From Trichosphaerium sp. ATCC 40318 (lineage: Eukaryota > Protista > Tubulinea): a stretch of DNA of 64,000 nucleotides. The position numbers and the translations under genes were made by a program. Of this stretch, positions 51,167 through 62,858 are shown piece by piece (within the stretch, counting starts at the first letter, position 1; every line of letters starts with the position of its first letter). The stretch lies in contig JALMLS010000322.1 of NCBI GenBank assembly GCA_038496445.1, forward strand, positions 682,001 through 746,000. The letters are read 5' to 3'. Under the pieces are notes generated by a model, which saw only the letters and a list, made by a program, of their open reading frames with translations, was not told where the DNA came from and searched no databases.

Positions 51167-54100
51167 ATGCCGATTACATTGTTTATTACTGTTTTTGCTC
51201 TTTGTACTTGCGTCTTGAGCGCTTCTATACATGGTATAGTGTTCGATGATGCAAATATCGACGCACAAAGAAATAATGACGAGAAGGGCGTCTTCGGTAT
51301 TTATGTATGCATTGATGTCTCTGGAAACGGTAAATGTGACCTTGGAGATCCTCTAGAACTAACAGGTATGCCGAAAATCAAAACTACTTTAAAAATCATC
51401 AACAAAAAAAAAACGTGAATAGCACGTGATTTTTCTATGTATTCTGAAAGACACACGGGCCAGAATTTTCTTTTTTAACATTGTGCTTATAGACAGAAAT
51501 GGAGAATTCTCGTTTGATAACCTTAGCTCAGGAAAGACTTATAATATAATTGCAGTAAGTTGTATTCAAAAAGATACCTTTACTAATGTACACTTTCACC
51601 TACAGCATGACCCTTTAGGCTGTGTGACATTCCCCACGCGTGATAGCACATTACCGCCTTCTGAAAAGCCTACTCAAACACCGACTCAGAGTCCAACTTC
51701 TCCGCCTACAGTTACTCCAACAACAGCACCTTCCGTACAACCAACATCTTCTCCAACACAAGAGGTTGTAACTGACAGAACTAAGTTTAATATTGCTTTC
51801 ACTTATGAAGGCACTGTCGTTGGGGTGAGCCTTTACAATTTGCAGCAGCTCCTCGCTTACATACAATCCTACAGAAAGAACATTTTGAAAATGCTAAAAA
51901 AGTGTGGGAAAACATTATCACTGAAGACTTGCAAGATGTCTCAAGCCGTTTGTTTGGTTATGGTACTTTAGTCCTTATGTAAAGCGTCTATCATTAACAC
52001 TTTCAGTTGATGACATCTTGATAACAGTAACTACACCTTACATTGGTATTACGACTTACTACGTTCCTTGTGCCTTACTGATTTCTTTTAATAGATGGAC
52101 TACATGGAGAACTTGGAAGTGCTGGACCAAGATATCTTCGTCCTAATGGTTTACCAGTACATTACTAATATAAGCAAACCATAAATGTTTACGTAACTGT
52201 TAGTATTCTGGAGTAATTAGGATTGATGCGGCTGATATGCAACTGTCGAATATTGAAGAAGCAATCGTTCATGAAATTGGACACGTTTTGTATGTACTAT
52301 CCAGTAATCTACAATGTTAAGCTGTTGTTGTTAACTTAAGTATTAGAGGCATAGGAACTCTTTGGGCAAGAAATTTGCAAGTTCTTGATGCTGGTAGACC
52401 AAATCCTTTCAACAGAGCAACAAAGAGCTTGGAACACTATAGACGACTTTTTAATAAGCCAGAAGCTTATGGTGTACCTGTCGAGAATGATGGAGGTGCC
52501 GGAACCGCACTTGTGTACGTCATTAATTAAAACATCATGTGGAACTTTTTGCTAAATCAAAGGTAAGGCATTGGGAAGAAAGTGAGTTTGGCAACGAGTT
52601 GATGACTGGTTTCTTAAGCAAAGATACAAAAAATCCAATAAGTCAGGTGACTACGGCTAATTTGGAGGATCTCGGGTACCCATACATGCTTGGTACCTTC
52701 CTGATTTACTTTGTTAAATAGGTACACGGTCAACTATGATTACGTTGCAGGAGAGTATGATGTGAATAAAGCGTTTAACGAAAAGAAAAACGTACGCGAC
52801 TTTGTTAAAAGCTTCATTTTCTGATGTGCTTCTAGATGGAGGCTCATGACCATCATGAAGGAATGAAATGCACAACTGAGCCATTATTGTACGTACTTAC
52901 AACTAAAGTAAAGCATCTTACACTTTGGTAGAGCGTTTGATGCTTCAGATCTGTTGTTTTTGTATCCAGAAAGCACGAAACGCTCAGTTGAACATACGGC
53001 TGACACTGAAATTACCACTTCGTTTGAAGACTTTGCTGTAGGAACAATATCAAGTAATAAACTCATTTGCTTCTTTACATTAACATACTCTTGCAGATGG
53101 TGTTGAAATATCAAGAATTGATCCTTTTGAGGTAAGTTACTTTTTTTTTCTTCGTTTTTTCTTATTTCTAAACAATAACGTTAGGGAGATCAACATTTAA
53201 TTCTTGGTCAAGAATACGGTGTTGGCGACGCATTTTATGAAGTCGTTCCATACACAATAGGAACGGTAGTAGCCGAAACATTTTTATTATCGTTACACAT
53301 CAAGAACCCTAAAGGTGGATACATATTTTCTTACTTTTTTCTCACAAGGTGTAGTTGGTTCAGAACGTGCTCACAAAACCTTTGATTTACGAATTGAAGG
53401 TGATGAAATTATGATGCATTTAGAGATATCTATAAGAGGAAAGCGTACTCTTGTTACAACGCACACACCTACTGAAACTGCTCATATGATTGTTGGTTCT
53501 GACGAATTCTTTGACACTTACAAAGACATAACAATCCACACCTATGTCAACGCAAGTTGCTCTTTAAAATTACCATGTTGGCCTAACTTGATAATAGGAG
53601 GCCAGTGATTATGTCCTTGATATCTTTGTAGGTGATGTGAAAGTGGCTTCGAACATGCATTTAACAACAAACAAATTCCAATCAATTGGGTAAGACTCGT
53701 TTTCTTCAATTATTCGTTGACTCCTAACTGTCTGCAGCTTATCTACGAGCAGCGCTTTCTATATAGATAATATACTATTCTCAAAGCCTGTCAGTGACGA
53801 GCAACAGAGTAAAGTATACACAATTCCAATACAATCAGGTATAAAAAACCAAAAAACCATTGGTTTCATTATTCTTAATCCCTTTTAGACTCTGAAGTTC
53901 ACGATGTAGCTATTGGTTTAGATACTGTTTGTTATTTCAATTCTGGAACTCGGGCACCTTCCCTCCCACCTACTAACCAGCCTACGCTTTCCCCAACGAT
54001 GCCACCAACTCGCGTCCCAACAACACCTCCCCCAACACTTCCTCCGACAACAGCAACTCCAACAACTCTACAACCAACTACAGCTACACCAACAATTTTA

Positions 54101-55510
54101 GCTCCTACAAAAAGCCCTACCACCAATCCTCCCACAACTTCGTCACCAACAACAAGAAACCCAACTACTTTATCACCTACCAAGGCACCAACACGCATTC
54201 CTACTACCCATTCACCAACAACATTTGAACCAACCACTTCTCCTCCGACCACACATAGTCCGACAACTTTACCACCTACCCTTCCTCCTACATTATCACC
54301 TACAACCACGCCACCTACCACTCACGCTCCAACTACATTGCCTCCAACTACTCTTTCACCGACAACACCACCACCAACGGCACCCCCAACTACATTACCT
54401 CCCACGACACTGGTCCCAACCACACTGCCACCAACCTTAACGCCAGCAACAAATGCGCCGACGACAAATCCACCAACTACTTTAGCACCTACCGAACCGT
54501 TAGAACCTTGTAATACTACATCTCCTGCTATGGTCCCAAGCGTGCAACCTACAACAAGTCCTTCAGTAACAGATGCGCCTACAACAACCGCTTCTCCGAC
54601 TGTCACTCCTACGCTTCAACCTACAACACCTCCAACAAAACCACCGACTAGGGTGCCAACCACAAGCTCGCCAAGTACCATAAGCCCTACTACTTTGGAA
54701 CCAACAACACCAGCTCCTACAACAATTGCACCTACAACTCTATCTCCAACAATCATGCCATCAATGCAACCAACAGTTGGGCTTGTTGACAATACTGGCG
54801 AAAAGGTATGTTCTATTTTGTCAGTTTGTGGGTGTACTAATTGTTTTTTTAAAAGGTTCTTTCTCCAATCACTCAAGCGCATGTTGCACTTTCTAAATAC
54901 TCACCAACAGATGGTCAACCAACAATCGTCAATTTTTACAGTTTAAGATCGAAGCAATATGTGGCTATTAAGGTGCGTCTTTCAAAGATGAGCTCCAATC
55001 TAATCATGAGTTTTTTAGTTCAAAGTCCCAGAAGAAACAGTGTCTTCAGCAGTCTTTGAAGCTAAATTTTATGGATTTAATAGCAATGCGCTTACAGGTG
55101 GTACATATGAGGTATCACATGTATACTTCCCACTTCTTGAGAACGCACCTGAAGGTTGGAAAAAAGAGGACTTGCGCATCTATTATATGAGGGTATAGAA
55201 TTTTTTTCTTCTTTTCGCAGAGTTTTACTTAAACTTGCTGTAGGAGACAGGATTCTCTGTTAATTTCGATATTGCGCCTTCACCTACTATACCCTTTAGT
55301 CATAAAATAGATGTAACAGAAGCTTTCTTAGCGGCAAAACAGAATTCAGACGAGTACATTACATTCGTTGTAGAAAATACAGCTAGTAAGTCATCACTTG
55401 TTGAACAACCCCTTACATTCTCAACTCTAGACGGCGGAGCTCGACATTCTTTTGCAAGAACATATTTGTCTGAATCTGAAGATGAAGCATGTAATATACG
55501 ATACACGTGA
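51167..55510 (+). CDS. secreted zinc metalloprotease (leishmanolysin/M8-like) with an SdrD-B-like N-terminal domain, a Pro/Thr mucin stalk and a C-terminal beta domain
   Basis: Signal peptide; IHGIVFDDAN...TDRNGEFSFDNL (SdrD-B-like); VHEIGHVL-GIGTLW, VPVENDGGAGTA..HWEESEFGNELMTGFL...SQVTTANLEDLGY; PT repeats at 53950-54780. Confidence 0.82.
53950..54780 (+). repeat. coding Pro/Thr-rich mucin-like repeat (PTT(L/S/A)xPT)
   Basis: Imperfect tandem CCA-ACA-ACT codon repeats inside the protease gene. Confidence 0.9.
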
Positions 55511-55929
55511 AGTGAAACTAAAGTCAAGAAAAATTGTAAACCATTGTGATTATTGTACATAAAACACTCTCATTTAAAAAATCCGGTTGGCATGTTGTAC
55601 AAGGTGGCTATAGTTCATCTTTATCCAGAATGATCATACTTACTCCATGTGAGTATTGATTACGGCAAGGCAAAGTACAAAGTACGTCAAAACAAGAAAA
55701 ATCACGAGACAGAACTCAAAGGAGTAAAAAGTCAACGGGAGTTTAATCTATCCTATAAAAAACACGTGGCAACAAAACATAATAATACGATATTCTTAAA
55801 TACTGAGCATTCAATTTAAGCAAACTAGATCTCCAAAAACGCACGTGCAAAGAAACTTCTTGTTCAACGAAGCAATTCGGTTTTATAAACACCTCACGTT
55901 TCTCCTACTTAAACTATACACAAACAAGT

Positions 55930-56772
55930 ATGAATAATACTTCGAAATCAGCAAGCCATTACAAAAACAATCTATTGCGCCTTCCTCTAGAAATACAGTT
56001 TAGTATTATTGACTTAGACTACGAAGTGTATCAAAAATGGGCTGTTCTATCGAAGTACACAGCAACAACAACAAGATTTGACTCTGAATTCAAAAAACAT
56101 GGCAAATGGATGCAATGTAGATTTCTTCATTGTCATGAGGAAAACACTTCAAAATATAAACTAGTATCTCAAGCGTACTGGAAACACGGTAAACATGATG
56201 GAGAGGAAAGCTACTGGAACGATAATGGTAAATTACTTTCTCAATGTCACTATGTAGACAGCAAACTTGAAGGAGAGTCCAAGGAATGGCATAGAAATGG
56301 ACAACTTTCAAAAAAATCTACCTATGTCAATGATAAACTTGAAGGAGAGCACACCTTGTACCGCCTTGATGGTACACCTAACATTCGAGCAAAATACAGA
56401 AACGGTATATATGAAGGGGAGTACAAGGCATGGAGTGCAAATGGTCGCCTGTCTAGCCTGTATTATTATGTTAATGGCGAAGTAGACGGAGAGTTTAATA
56501 GCTGGTATCCTAACGGCCAATCAAAGGAGAAGTGTTATTATGTTAATGGAGAAAGAGAAGGAGAATACAAGAGTTGGCATTATACTGGTGGATTACATGT
56601 CCATAGTAATTATGTTAATGGTAAACTCTCAGGGGACTATAAGACTTGGTTTATGGATGGCACCTTGAGCAACCACTACGCTTATATTGATGGAGTTTTA
56701 GTAGAGAGTGAACATCAACGGAATACCAATGATCAGAAAACCAACAATAAGCCATATTGTATAATCTCGTAA
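55930..56772 (+). CDS. F-box-like/MORN-variant (MORN_2) repeat protein, intronless
   Basis: LLRLPLEIQFSIIDLD...LSKYTATTTRFDSEFKKHG.W shared with the 7633-8244 gene; about 7 G.Y..W..NG.L repeats. Confidence 0.85.
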   Translation: MNNTSKSASHYKNNLLRLPLEIQFSIIDLDYEVYQKWAVLSKYTATTTRFDSEFKKHGKWMQCRFLHCHEENTSKYKLVSQAYWKHGKHDGEESYWNDNGKLLSQCHYVDSKLEGESKEWHRNGQLSKKSTYVNDKLEGEHTLYRLDGTPNIRAKYRNGIYEGEYKAWSANGRLSSLYYYVNGEVDGEFNSWYPNGQSKEKCYYVNGEREGEYKSWHYTGGLHVHSNYVNGKLSGDYKTWFMDGTLSNHYAYIDGVLVESEHQRNTNDQKTNNKPYCIIS

Positions 56773-56792
56773 TAACAGCTACATTTTTTTGC

Positions 56793-56986
56793 TATTAACT
56801 CAAGGTAGTAGCGGAATGTAACGCCTCGGCGTAGGCACTACCGTCCTGTCATATTCACACAGCCAAGCATGTTCGATCCCTGCATTGGACGCCTAAAACT
56901 TTTTGGGTTCTGTACTAGGTAATTGGTGTAATGTATAGACTAAATAAAATCAAAAAAAAAAAAAAAAGTCAAATATTAACTCAAGG
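56793..56986 (+). mobile_element. tRNA-like (Pol III A/B box) SINE-type element with a poly(A) tract and a 13-bp flanking direct repeat
   Basis: TATTAACTCAAGG at 56793-56805 and 56974-56986; A-box-like TAGCGGAATGT near 56809; B-box GTTCGATCC at 56871-56879; AATAAA at 56943 then A16 at 56952-56967. Confidence 0.5.
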
Positions 56987-57185
56987 GCTCAAAATTGTCA
57001 ATCTAAGATAGGTCAAGAAATGGTATTGTATGCAAGTTGAGGTAGTTTCATACAGTGATCACATTTACTTAGCACTAGATATCGAGGTTTCACATTACCT
57101 AATTCAGCATGTGTTTCAAAATTTAAGGCTGCTCAACAAAGAAATAAAAACCTTTTTGACATGGTTTTTCTGTTTAATTGAACTA

Positions 57186-58871
57186 TTACACTTTACTGTT
57201 TGTCTCCCAAGGTCTTGACTTATTTCTTAAAGAATCCAAATGGTCCCAAGACTCAATATGTGGCTTACTATCGAATACATGTGCAAACAAAGCCTTTGAA
57301 TAAACGCCATATTTCTCTTTACAATCTCTTCCTTCTAACGAATCTAAACGTAATACTAACTGTCTCTTGAGATTAGCAATAACAAATACATCATTATTAA
57401 GACAATAAATAAACCTTCTATCAAAACTACGAAAAGGTCTATGTGGGTTCCACTTATCATCAACTTCATCACTTAACGAGTCTTTTAAGTCATCTAAATC
57501 AATGACGATCTTAAGTCTTATAAACTGTCTTGTCTTTGTGTAATACTTGTATAAAACATCTTCCGATGTTATAAAGTATAAATCATTATGTCTATCAATA
57601 GTCATACCAAACGCATGTCCTTTCAAAGATCGCTTAAACATGATGTTTAAGTTAGGCCTTGTACTGCTTGGTGATGATGAAATGTTTATCCGATATAATG
57701 TTGTTATCCCTGTCTTCTCTTCTAAATCAATAACGTACATATTTGTATCTGTATTGTCAATACAAAGTGATCCTGGTGTAAAATTGAATAAATCGTTTCC
57801 TGTAAGTTTAAAAATAACTGATTTTTTTCCTTCTGGTGTAACCTTATGTATACGACGTGCTCTTGATTCGCTAAAATATAAGTTTTCCTTAGAATCCAGG
57901 CATAATCCACCTACATATTCCATTGTCATGTCAATCTTATGGCCGGCGAGAGTTGACACTTGACCTGAATCTGTTTCTATTTTTCTAATCGCTCGATTCA
58001 TGCTCCATTCTGAAACGTATATGGTGTTATTACGTGATACGGTTATACTATAGGGTGTGTTGAACTCAGCGCTGTATCCTTGAGTAATGAGAAAGAGGTG
58101 TGAAAGGTCTAGGAGCTACAAGTAGTCTCGAAGATGTGGACGATACATTTTTTCTAAAACGAACTTACACTTTACAACTTCCATCTAAGTATCCTTCCAT
58201 CTTTTGAAGCTGTTGGGGTATTCCTGTTATCGTACTGATATATTTATTACTGAAGTCTATTTTTCTAATCATGCCATTACCAGAATCTGCCACCAAGAGC
58301 TAAACGACATAAATAAGATCAATCAAAGAAAAAACTACAAAGAACCGCTTTGTATTTTCTATTTACTACCTTTCCTGACGTACACTACCGGACCCATCTC
58401 TAGTAACTCCCCGTATACCTTTAACGCGACCTTTACCGAAACTACCATCTTTATAACCCCATTTCAACCCACACAACGTTCTTAAAACGCGCAAACCTGA
58501 AATATCCTACAAACAAACGCAAGTAAGCAACAAGAAAACGATTTTTTGTGATATCGTTAAAAATAAACAAACTGATTTCTCCAAATCACGTGATGTAATA
58601 AATGCACACGTGCGTTGACGCGTTATTTAAGAAAGCCCGAAGAGCATAAGGTAGATGAATTTGAGATTATTTTGCTTTAAACGTGATTAAAAAATAAAAT
58701 TAATATCGGGTTGGCTTTTTGTACCCTTCCTACTTGAGTTCCTTGAATTATCAGGTCAAACCAATGACATACTAACCGAAAAGCCAAAAAATCAATTGTA
58801 GGCAGTTTTAGGCCTATTATTGATAGTATTTCGCTCGGTAGCTGAAGAATACCTTTACTCCGCTCCATCAT
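57186..58871 (-). CDS. F-box + NHL-repeat beta-propeller protein
   Basis: ILQLPSEILSIIG...FRLVCHWF F-box; VADSGNGMIRKID, FNTPYSITVSRNNTIYVSEWSMNRAIRKI...VSTLAG and GLCLDSKENLYFSE...RIHKVTPEG. Confidence 0.82.
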
Positions 58872-59239
58872 CTTTGCAGTTTTTTTTTGTTGGATAAATA
58901 ACCGTATATTATGGTCAATGCAATTATCTATGCCCAACCCGAGCATTAACCTCTCAGTTGTCGTAAACTGGCTTGTACGTTTTCATCTAAATTCAGCTAT
59001 TCCGTTTAAAAACTGGGACATTTTTATTTGGGCTAAGGACTTTTATACTGAATACCTTACGCCCACAAAAGGGTGAAAGTGATTTTAGGCGCTTTGAAAA
59101 CTCGGAATGTTATGCTTTAGACCTGTTTTAAATGCAAGTCGACTGTGCTAACCAGAAACGGAACGTTGTAAACTTGAACGTTCAGAAAGGGCTAGGCAAC
59201 GAAAATATAAATACCACGTGTTTTACGTCAAAGGTTGTT

Positions 59240-60086
59240 TTAATTCTTTAGATCAATCTTTATTTCCTCAGTTTTAAGGTCTTCGTAGTCTGATATATCC
59301 AATAATACTCTCACAGTTATAGTACCACTTACTAGATCCTTTTTACCTGGACGTGGATTCATCTTCAGCTTGAAACCTTCGAGATTCTTTTCAGAACGTG
59401 ACAAGCTGTCAAAAAGTTCTTGGAAGTTCTCACAAAGTTCGAATTTCTGATCTATCAAGTCAGTCAAGACAACGCTTGCTATCCCCAAGAACGAATCCTT
59501 TCTTGGTCCTTTATCCTTATCTCTATAGTATCACATTAGTTTAATCGAATATACTACGTCTTGGACTCATTCCAGGTCGTATTCCGGCGTACCGACATTC
59601 GAACTTTATAACTTTGTCCTTTAATGGTCCTTTAACCTCAAAATTGAACCCTTCGCTCCAAAATGGTGACAGAGTCTTCTTATGAACAGTGGTTCGCCCA
59701 TACATTGACCCTTTTTCGATATATTTTATTTTCGGGCATTCTAAGGGTTTCCCTAGCTCGGACTATAAGTAGCGTGAGCTATCCGTAAGGACGATTATGT
59801 TGTATTTAGCGTTTCGAAAGCAAGATTTGTGTTGTTTGTTTTTAAAACGTTTGTAAAGGCGTAAATCAATGTTGGACGTCATTTAAACGCGTAAGAGATG
59901 AATGACTAACGTTTTAATACATACCCGATCTGTAACGTGTAACATAACATAAGGATCACTAGAACGGCCGAAATCCTTTGCTGCAAGGTCTCTACCGCTT
60001 TCTACTGTTACATTTACTTTAGTTGTAGTATTTTCGTTTAATTCAAGACGCCTGTATTGCGGGTATTCAGTCTTCTCTTCTGCCAT
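59240..60086 (-). CDS. single C2-domain protein
   Basis: VNVTVESGRDLAAKDFGRSSDPYV, RTTVHKKTLSPFWSEGFNF and DKDKGPRKDSFLG; 2 introns. Confidence 0.85.
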
Positions 60087-61718
60087 GGTTCGAGCACTAC
60101 TTTACTTGTTTGTTATGGTCTGACAACACCGTCAAACTTAGTCCTTTTACGACGTAAAATGTGAAATTTTAAACGCTAGAACACGGTTTTGTAGTAAAAT
60201 TAGAGTTGCTCGCTTGCTTTGCGCCATGTAAGTTTGAGATGCAACACGTGACCAAACTACTCACGACTTTAACACTCGCGTTTGAGCGAGTAAGTATGTA
60301 AGCTGGAAAAATATTGAGCATAGTGCGAGGCAGAGCTTACACGCTGCGTCATGCATACCAAGCCAGACTAGGAAGTAACGGACACCGCAACGTGCAGCGC
60401 TAACCAACACTTCCGACGAATTGAATTGAATGGGCAAAAAAGACTATAAAGACTACAACGGAGGTCATGTCATGCTATATCTTCACTTCTTTTTCGTGTT
60501 TAACGCGAATGGATTATATCCGTAAGGACGTTTTAGCTAGATAGCATATAGGGTTCTTTAAATATTATGGGAGTGACTACACATAAGATAGTAATGCAGC
60601 CAAGGTGTTAATATCGCGCCCGGTGTTTAAATCAGCGGAGGCGAAAATAACTGAGTTTTCGCAGTTGTGTGCACGAAACATCGTCCGAACGCTCCGCACT
60701 CCACGGGGTTTTGGTTGTTCATTTGTTTGTTACCTATACACCAGAAGCCATGACTCCTCATGTCAAAATAATACGTATACCTAACACGTAGCACTATTTT
60801 AAACCAAATTTTGGAAAAAATCACGTGATGCAGAAACCGCTTTATAAAAGAGGCAAAAAACTGACTTTTACATACTCCTAACGGCGTTGTCTCATTTTTA
60901 CATTCGTACAAACGGGGTACAAAAAACGCTTCAGGAACACCCCGCGTATGCCATCCGCGATGACTACGCTGGATGTCCAGTACGAATTTTTTATCTTTAC
61001 TTTACTTTTCTGCACACGGCAAACACAGCTTAGTGGGTTTCTAGATAACCCGTGTGCATGACCTTAATACCACCGCAGTATCGGCGTTAAGGAGTTGATG
61101 AGATAGTAAAATATCCCTAAAGTGCGCGAGGAGAAACGGTGTGTGAACCAAAAGTCAAACTGCGGTCCCGAGGACTTAAGTTGAATTTTTTTGTTTACCT
61201 TTTTTGCCAATTTCACTTTTTCACGAACTACATCCTTTTTATTTTTTACGCACAACATCCCTAGCGCTCCCTTTAACGTTCCAATAGCTCCCCTTGGCTA
61301 TCTTTTGTTCTCCTCTTTTTTATTATCTGGCAGATTGTGAGAAAAAAAAAAACACCGCGGTGTTTTTACTCCATGGATTTGTGCTCCTCGGTAAACGGAG
61401 GTAAACAGCGAACAATAAATCAACCAATACCCCGTATTACTTATAACGTTATATATGAACGCTGTAATAAACTTGAGAGCAAGCGGTGTTCCTTTAAAAT
61501 CCCCATTGAGGAGAATTTTGTAATCGTTCGGTTATTTTTCACTCCCGTACATACCTGTTCGTTATCATACGTTTCCTTAAAAGGTTAATGAGAAGAGCCT
61601 TGTATTCGTTGTGTCACAAAGAATTCTTCGATCCGGTAGTGCTGTACATTACGCGATAGTGTAAATAGTCAGAACGGAGACTTTGGAACACAACTAAGTT
61701 TTTTTACTTTTTTGAGCG

Positions 61719-62858
61719 TTGGAGTTAAGTGTACCCGGGGAGGACAAGTCATTTCTCACATACCCAAAACGTATCAAGCGTTTCGCATCATCTCCTGGAA
61801 TAATCGTTATGTTACAGTCATCTATACGCAATTATAGCACCAACGCAAGCTCTTTAGACAGAGTACAACTTTGTTTTGTAAACGCAGACAAGTGCGAATA
61901 TACAAAAGGCCAGTGGCGCCCGAGGGAATGGCGCGTGGGCTTCGACGGCCTTCAACATGGTGTTTCCCGCAAGGAGGTGTCAGTTCGCGTCAGGACCAAA
62001 AGCCCTTCGCAAGTACGCACGCACTACCAAAAGGTCAAGTTCAAAGGTATGTTGTCTTACATTGGTTGAAAATGACTAGTCGTTCTCCTCTTACCTTAGT
62101 AATAAATTGCAACAGGCGTTATATCATACGGAAGTTCAAACGTCACCAGCCACAATGGAATCAATACTTCAGATGTTTTAACAGAGGTAAATTTCAAAAA
62201 AAAGCGGTTATCGGATTCAATTCTAATCACGTGGTTTTAGAATGATTCGATGATGATAGCTCTAGATTGCAGAGGCGAGAAGCTTCCACCATGCAACGGC
62301 CCTTTTTCATACAGAGAGATGTACTTAGCTGTACGAGCAGTTTTCCAATGGGGACTGAAACCAGATAAAATATCTTGGTGTCTTGGCACACGTACTCCGA
62401 GTGATGTATTGATGGTTCTACAAAGTTTAGAGGTTCGTCATACATGATTAGATTTTAATCAAGCTCATTTGCTAAATTCTTTGTGGTAGAATCTCGCTGT
62501 TGCACATGGTTTTACAAACGAAAGAAAACCAAGAAGAGGCCGGCAAAACGGACAAGTTAAGCGATGGCGTGCGTTCAACAGGATAGTTGGAAACCCAGTA
62601 GAAGAACACCAACACCAACCACAAACACAAACACAAACTGTGCAGGTATCTCAAGTATCTACGGGTCCTCAACGCATTCCTCGCTACAGCAGAGCAGCGC
62701 GAGTACTGCGTGAGCCCGAAGAAAAAAGCACAAACAATTTCCAATGGCAAGGTTTAGGGCTTTACGACGCCTGGGCATCTTCGCCCGATACTCCTTTACC
62801 AAGCTTGTTCCCAGAACTCGTTTTGATACAGGAAAAACCTATTGAGATGTACAGATAA
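61719..62858 (+). CDS. divergent Myb/SANT (SHAQKY-like) transcription factor; start uncertain
   Basis: KGQWRPREWRVGFDGLQHG...VSVRVRTKSPSQVRTHYQK resembles the G.W..EE...F..GL...V.TK...QVR.H.QK Myb helix-turn-helix. Confidence 0.6.

Noticed and set aside
53932-54882. Val/Gly-rich minus-strand ORFs
   Set aside because: Reverse complement of the Pro/Thr mucin repeat.
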